Part shown: in pieces, positions 58,769-64,000 of the stretch
How the letters are laid out: every line of letters begins with the position of its first letter
Position numbering within the stretch: position 1 is the first letter of the stretch
Assembly: GCA_965205505.1 (NCBI GenBank)
Contig: CBDBHB010000009.1
Coordinates: forward strand, 1,152,001-1,216,000
DNA from: Acidobacteriota bacterium
GTDB taxonomy: Bacteria > Acidobacteriota > UBA890 > WLXD01
Length of the DNA: 64,000 nucleotides
Direction: 5' to 3'
Notes under the pieces: generated by a model
What the model saw: the letters and a program-made list of their open reading frames with translations, nothing else
What the model was told of the DNA's origin: nothing
Databases searched by the model: none
Position numbers and translations under genes: made by a program

Positions 58769-59443
58769 ATGCCATCTGCGAGGCCGAGGATCGGCTTGAT
58801 TGTTCCTTCGTCGAACACCGTCATGGAGCCCGATCTTCATCGTCGTCTCGGTGCGACCTGTACGATCAGCACATCGCGGATCTACCTGCACGAGGTGACT
58901 CGCAAGGCCGAGAGGCGGATGCTCGACGAAGAGCTGCCGCGATCGATAGGGCTCATCAAGACGACGGAACCCGACGTCGTGATCTTCGGCTGTACGTCTG
59001 CCGGGTCACTGGACGGGATCGAGCACGATCGAGGAATCGCGCGAAGCATCGAACGAGGCACGGGGTGCAAGGCCCTGACGGTGGTCGAATCGGTGCTCGC
59101 GCAGCTGCGCTCGATCGGTGCCCGCAGGGTGGCCGTCTTCACGCCGTACGAAGAGGACCTGACGAGCAGCGTAGCAAGTTGCGTCACCGCGGGCGGCTAC
59201 GAGCTCGCCAAGGTCGCGGGCATGGGCATTCGCGACAACTGCGACATCGGCAAGGTCATGCCGACGGAGATCGTCGAGTTCGTCGATTCGCAGATGACCG
59301 GCGTCGAAGCCGATTGCGTGTTCCTTTCCTGCACGAACTGGCAGGCAATCGATGCCATCGAGTCCGGGCAGGCGCGGTTCGGTGTTCCCGTCATCACCAG
59401 CAACCAGGCGACGCTGGAAGCGGCGCGCCGCATGGTCGGCTGA
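58769..59443 (+). CDS. Asp/Glu racemase superfamily (maleate isomerase/arylmalonate decarboxylase-like)
   Basis: IGLIVPSSNTVME, GCTS, TPY, SCTN and PVITSNQA motifs (both catalytic Cys present). Confidence 0.88.
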   Translation: MPSARPRIGLIVPSSNTVMEPDLHRRLGATCTISTSRIYLHEVTRKAERRMLDEELPRSIGLIKTTEPDVVIFGCTSAGSLDGIEHDRGIARSIERGTGCKALTVVESVLAQLRSIGARRVAVFTPYEEDLTSSVASCVTAGGYELAKVAGMGIRDNCDIGKVMPTEIVEFVDSQMTGVEADCVFLSCTNWQAIDAIESGQARFGVPVITSNQATLEAARRMVG

Positions 59444-59450
59444 GGCCGCA

Positions 59451-59555
59451 GTGACCGTCTACTGGATCTTGGCCTCGGCGATTGCGATCGCACTGGTTCC
59501 CTTGATCCTCACCTTGGTCCTCGAGAGCCTGGAGGGCAGGCGGCGACCGCGATGA
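59451..59555 (+). CDS. 34-aa single-TM protein, probable symporter accessory subunit
   Basis: GAGG RBS and GTG start; MTVYWILASAIAIALVPLILTLVLESLEGRRRPR; ATGA overlap with the SSS gene. Confidence 0.65.
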   Translation: MTVYWILASAIAIALVPLILTLVLESLEGRRRPR

Positions 59556-60997
59556 ACGCCACGCTGCTGGCCACGTTCATCGCCTATTCCACCTTCGTCC
59601 TCGCGGTTGGCCTTTGGGGCTACCGCAAGGGTTCTTTCGCCTCCTACGCGGTCGCCGATCGGACCATGGGGACGGTGATGGCGACGGGCGCGTTCGTAGC
59701 GACCTTCCTGTCGGCGGTCACCGTCATCGGCGTCTCCGGATACGCGTCGCGGTACGGATGGGCTGCGGCAGCGTTCACCTGCTACGGCTACGCGACCGGG
59801 TGGATCCTCCTGGTCGTCGCCGCGCGGCGCATGCACAGGTCGCGACTCACGACGGTGCCCGAGCTCCTGCGAGTGCGCTACGAGTCGCCGGGGCTGGGAA
59901 CCCTGGCCGCGCTGGCGATCATCGCGCTCTACTCCATCACCTTGGTCGTGCAGCTGCTCGGCGTGGCGATCACCTTGAACATCCTGATCGGCCTGGCCGT
60001 GCCGGCGGCCGTCCTGCTGGTCGGTACGGTGTTCGTGACCTACACGGTTCTGGGCGGCCTGATCTCCGTCGTCAGGACCGATCTCATCCAGGCCGTTCTG
60101 CTCGGAGGCGGCGTGGTGACGGGCGCCGCCGCAGTTCTGTGGAAGACGGGCTGGCAGGTGATCACCGCGCCGCCGGAGCCGTTGTCGCACTTCTTCGGAG
60201 GCAGCGTGCAGAACGCCGGCGATTTCATCGGTTGGGCGCTGGTGTGGGGACTCGGGATCCCGACGCAGTCCTACTATCTGCATCGCTTCTACGCCAGCCG
60301 GGATGCCGGCGTGGCGCGGCGGCAGGTTGCGATCGGCGCGGTCGTGATCATGGTGTTGCTGCTCTCGGTGATCATCTGCGGCGTCGGGGCCGGCATGCTC
60401 ATTCCGGCCGATCAGCGGGGCGACGGCGCGTTACCGTACCTGTTCAGGAATGTCATCGGAGGCTGGATCAGCATCCCGATACTGCTGGCGATCACGGCCT
60501 CGGTACACTCCACCACCGACGGGCTGCTGCACATCGTGGGGCTCTACTTTGCCGTCGACGTCTACGCGCCAGCCGCCGGCCGCTCCGACGATGCGCGCCT
60601 GCTGCGCGTCAGCCGCCTGGCAACCCTGCTCTTCGGAGCGGCCGTCACCCTGGTCGCTCTCTATGTTTCGACACGCCCGATACCGCTGATCAGCCTGATC
60701 GGCGCTATCGCCTGGGGCGGCATGGCGTCGGCCTTGTTCGCGCCGCTCTTCTTCGGGCTGTTCTGGCGCCGCGCCACGCGGGCTGGTGCGCTGGCGAGCA
60801 TGGTCGGCGGCATCGCGTTCGCCATCGTCGGCTTCTCGCTGAAGCGCCTGGGCCTCATCGGCTTTCACGAGATCTACCCAGGGGTGATCGCCTCCATGAC
60901 GTTGATGGTTGCGGTGTCCTGCTGCACCCGTGCGAGCAGCGCGGCGACGATCAGCCGCTTCTTTCCGGACCCTGTCCCGCCTGGGGCCGCGCGATGA
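59552..60997 (+). CDS. Sodium:solute symporter (SSS) family
   Basis: YAVADR, TVPELL--RY, LGGLISVVRTD-IQ and GLFWRRAT motifs. Confidence 0.9.
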   Translation: MNATLLATFIAYSTFVLAVGLWGYRKGSFASYAVADRTMGTVMATGAFVATFLSAVTVIGVSGYASRYGWAAAAFTCYGYATGWILLVVAARRMHRSRLTTVPELLRVRYESPGLGTLAALAIIALYSITLVVQLLGVAITLNILIGLAVPAAVLLVGTVFVTYTVLGGLISVVRTDLIQAVLLGGGVVTGAAAVLWKTGWQVITAPPEPLSHFFGGSVQNAGDFIGWALVWGLGIPTQSYYLHRFYASRDAGVARRQVAIGAVVIMVLLLSVIICGVGAGMLIPADQRGDGALPYLFRNVIGGWISIPILLAITASVHSTTDGLLHIVGLYFAVDVYAPAAGRSDDARLLRVSRLATLLFGAAVTLVALYVSTRPIPLISLIGAIAWGGMASALFAPLFFGLFWRRATRAGALASMVGGIAFAIVGFSLKRLGLIGFHEIYPGVIASMTLMVAVSCCTRASSAATISRFFPDPVPPGAAR

Positions 60998-62835
60998 ACG
61001 CTGTCGGGAGCGCCGCTCGGTGCGTGGCGCTCGCGGCCTGCCTGGCGGCAGGGCAGGTCGAGCCAGCGGCGCGCCACCAGCACACGCCGCCACCTCCGAG
61101 CGCAGGGCCCGGGGCGGACACCGGCACCCAGGTCGCCGCGGGCAACCGGGCCCCGGCGACCATCCAGGCTGCAGCTCAGGTGCAGCGCGCCGTGGCGGTG
61201 CCGATGCGCGACGGTGTCACCCTGGCGGCCGACATCTACCTTCCGGCGGAAGACGGACCGTTCCCGGTGCTACTCAGCCGCACGCCGTACGACAAAAGGC
61301 GCGGTGAGCGTGAGGCGACGTTCTACACGCAGCACGGCTATGCGGTCGTCCTGATGGACTCTCGGGGACTATACGCCTCCGAAGGCGAATGGCGTCCCTA
61401 TGTGGATGAAGCCCGGGACGGCTACGACACCCAGACATGGATCGGCGAGCAACCGTGGTGCAACGGCAAGATCGGCATGTTCGGGACGTCCTATCCGGGG
61501 TTCACACAGCTCCTGCCGGCGCCCTATCGAAGCCCCTACGTGAAGGCGCTGGTGCCGGTGGCCGCCCAGTCCGACAACTTCGGGAGCATCTGGTCTACCG
61601 ATGGCCTCTATCACCTGGCGACGGCCTTGAGTTGGGGCACCCGACAGCGGGCCATCGCGACAGATCAGCGCATGCCCGCGGTGAATTGGATGCGCGTGAT
61701 GAGCCAGCTGCCGCTGCGCACGGCGATGGATCACATAGGCATCCACTCGCCGTTCGTCGCCGACACGCTGAGCCACGATCGCTACGACGATTTCTGGAGG
61801 CAGATGAGCGTCCGGCATCGCTATGCCGAGATGGACGTTCCCGCCCTTCACGTTACCGGCTGGTACGACGATCTGACTGCCGAGACCCTGCGCAACTACG
61901 TTGGCATGCGGAAGCTCTCGCGCTCCGAGCATTCGCGACGATGGCAGAGGCTGCTCATCGGGCCGTGGGGCCACGGCGTGCGTACCGATCCGGCGTACGG
62001 GGATGTTGACTTCGGGCCGCAGATGGCGATCGACATGCGCGCCCTACACTTGCGCTGGTTCGACCATCACCTCAAGGGCATCGCCAACGGGCTCGCCGAG
62101 GAGGCGCCGGTGCGCATCTTCGTGATGGGCGAAAACGTCTGGCGCGACGAGCAGGAGTGGCCGCTGTCGCGGGCGCATTCGATGGAGCTGTTCCTGCACA
62201 GCGATGGCGCAGCGAACACGCGTTTCGGGGACGGAGCGCTTACCGTCGAACCGCCTGGCGACGAGCCCCCCGATCAGTATGCCTACGATCCGCGCCACCC
62301 GGTTCCCACGTACGGCGGTCACGGTTGCTGCGGGGCGGGCCTCACACCCCTCGGCCCGCTGGATCAGCGCGTCACCCAGCAGCGACAGGACCTGCTGGTC
62401 TACACCACGGAACCGCTCGCCGCGGACACCGAAGTCACCGGTGCCGCCGAGGTGCGGCTGTTCTTTTCCACCGACGTCGTGGACACAGACTTGTTTGCGA
62501 CCCTCTCGGACGTTCGCCCGGACGGGCACGCCATCCAGATCACCGAAGGAGCTATTCGCACGCGGTTCCGCGACTCCCTGGAACATCCGAGCCTTTTGAC
62601 GCCCGGCGAAACCCACGAGATCAGCATCCGGCTCTGGGAAACCAGCAACGTCTTCAAGCAGGGGCACCGCATCCGCCTGCACATCACCAGCAGCAACTTC
62701 CCGCGCTTCAACAGGAACCTCAACTCCGGCAAGCCACTGGCGGAGGAGACCGAGTCCGACATCCGAGTGGCCACGCAGACGATCCGCCACGACCGCGATC
62801 ACCCTTCGGCGATCATCCTGCCGGTGATCCGCTGA
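60994..62835 (+). CDS. CocE/NonD-family serine hydrolase
   Basis: VPMRDGVTLAADIY, RTPY, GTSYPG, GWYD, IGPWGH and SSNFPRF motifs. Confidence 0.93.
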   Translation: MNAVGSAARCVALAACLAAGQVEPAARHQHTPPPPSAGPGADTGTQVAAGNRAPATIQAAAQVQRAVAVPMRDGVTLAADIYLPAEDGPFPVLLSRTPYDKRRGEREATFYTQHGYAVVLMDSRGLYASEGEWRPYVDEARDGYDTQTWIGEQPWCNGKIGMFGTSYPGFTQLLPAPYRSPYVKALVPVAAQSDNFGSIWSTDGLYHLATALSWGTRQRAIATDQRMPAVNWMRVMSQLPLRTAMDHIGIHSPFVADTLSHDRYDDFWRQMSVRHRYAEMDVPALHVTGWYDDLTAETLRNYVGMRKLSRSEHSRRWQRLLIGPWGHGVRTDPAYGDVDFGPQMAIDMRALHLRWFDHHLKGIANGLAEEAPVRIFVMGENVWRDEQEWPLSRAHSMELFLHSDGAANTRFGDGALTVEPPGDEPPDQYAYDPRHPVPTYGGHGCCGAGLTPLGPLDQRVTQQRQDLLVYTTEPLAADTEVTGAAEVRLFFSTDVVDTDLFATLSDVRPDGHAIQITEGAIRTRFRDSLEHPSLLTPGETHEISIRLWETSNVFKQGHRIRLHITSSNFPRFNRNLNSGKPLAEETESDIRVATQTIRHDRDHPSAIILPVIR

Positions 62836-62930
62836 TGCATGAGAAACAACAACGTCTCCTACAGTGACGGAGATTGTGGAGACGGGCCGCGAGACTTCCC
62901 GTAACTCCAATAGATAGAACAACATAAAAG

Positions 62931-63284
62931 TGGAGGCGGCGGGAATTGAACCCGCGTCCGAAAACAATCCGCGCGAAGCGTCTACATGCTTGTCCCGCCG
63001 AAAAGGTTCACGCTGTATCGACCCGGCGGGCCAGCTGATACGACGCTAGTCCGGGTAGTGTCTCGCCGCCTCGCCCCCGAACGGAACTGGGCGGCCAGCC
63101 TGCTGAACGGCGTTCGCTCCGACCCTTGCAGGCCCGGGTCGGGGAACGCTAGCGGGTGTTTAAGCCGCTAGAGCTACCGGTGTGTTGGCAGTTGTGTTGG
63201 TTTCCACGTGGGATTAACGAGCATACGTGGAACGCTCGACATGCAGCCTCGGCTTCAGTGCTCCCGTCGAACCCTGACGCCCCC
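62931..63284 (-). ncRNA. ssrA: tmRNA; tag peptide ANTPVALAA* (63160-63189)
   Basis: 5' GGGGGCG pairs with 3' CGCCUCC-A (G3.U alanine identity); T-arm GCGGGUUCAAUUCCCGC; resume codon GCC; CCA not fully encoded. Confidence 0.95.
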
Positions 63285-63373
63285 GACTCTGCGGCTGTTC
63301 CGGCACTACCCGGATCCGAAGTCGATGCTCCCAGAATAGCATTCCGCGCCCGATCCGGCCTAGCGAAACCTGG

Positions 63374-64000
63374 CTACTGCTGCTGGGCTTCGATCGGCAC
63401 CTCGATGCCCAACCGATTGTGGATCTCGATGCGCTCGCGGAACTTCTCCATGTCGATCTTCTCGTTGCCGAAGTCGCGGATGTCCTTGTAGCGAATCGAG
63501 ATCACATACTCGGTCTGGTCCACGCCCACGCCGTTGCGCCGCGCCAGCATCCAGGGGTTTGGCGGCAGCACCATGATCGACACCTGGTTGTCGGAGTCGA
63601 GGCCGCGCAAGAGGGTGCCGAACTGCGCCAGCGCCTCGATGGCCGCGTCGTTTACGGCGTTGGCGATTTGCTGATGGTCGCGCTCGAGGATCTGCTTGAG
63701 GGTGCGCTGTTGCTCGATGGCGCCGCGGAAGTATGCGCGGCTGTCGCGCCAATGCGGGCGCGCCCAGGCTCCCTCATCCCGGCGCCGCGCCTGTGCGGTG
63801 GCTTCTTGCTCTCGATCGAGCGCGGCTTCCTCCGTCCCTTCGGTACCGGGATCCAGCGAATTGCGAATCTCCTCCAGCACGTCTTCGAACCTGGATAGCT
63901 CGTGCAGGGCATCGATGTCGATCGCGGCGTCGTCGCGTTCCATGAGGACGCGCAGATCGCCGACGGAGCGCATGAGCATGTCGGCGCGCATGTCGATAAG
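63374..64000 (-). CDS. Hypothetical helical protein, 5' end probably outside the window
   Basis: Open frame with host-like codon usage running to the window edge; no recognisable motif. Confidence 0.6.
   Translation of the reverse strand, partial: LIDMRADMLMRSVGDLRVLMERDDAAIDIDALHELSRFEDVLEEIRNSLDPGTEGTEEAALDREQEATAQARRRDEGAWARPHWRDSRAYFRGAIEQQRTLKQILERDHQQIANAVNDAAIEALAQFGTLLRGLDSDNQVSIMVLPPNPWMLARRNGVGVDQTEYVISIRYKDIRDFGNEKIDMEKFRERIEIHNRLGIEVPIEAQQQ

Noticed and set aside
59614-60993. 1073-aa CocE fusion ORF
   Set aside because: The N-terminal 460 aa are an alternative frame of the SSS gene; the real start is at 60994.
1-64000. Numerous long Arg/Ala/Pro-rich antisense and alternate-frame ORFs
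   Set aside because: Expected shadows in high-GC DNA; each overlaps a gene with clear family motifs.

Overview
A GC-rich bacterial chromosomal window, probably from Acidobacteriota (inferred from the PadR + ADOP duplicated-permease pair, the many VPS10/BNR, ASPIC/UnbV and kinase-TPR proteins, and the tmRNA tag ANTPVALAA). It carries about 50 mostly catabolic, transport and secreted-hydrolase genes. These include malate synthase G, a carnitine catabolic cluster, an itaconate/C5-dicarboxylate-like CoA cluster, two porin-cytochrome-cupredoxin modules (one behind tandem DtxR/IdeR-like boxes), a MazF toxin, and the tmRNA gene near the right end. Three things stand out. (1) A family of about 279-bp CTAG-bounded, two-armed palindromic elements (three full copies plus collapsed mini copies) whose fold is conserved while the stem sequences differ. 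(2) An IS1111-type IS110 element sitting exactly in the CTAG junction between two such elements, whose non-coding end contains a readable bridge-RNA target loop matching that junction. (3) Heavy gene decay (about a dozen loci), including two unusual scars: a 48-bp block moved within its own gene and a roughly 108-bp block inverted at a deletion junction. All family assignments come from motif recognition by eye; no database searches were run.
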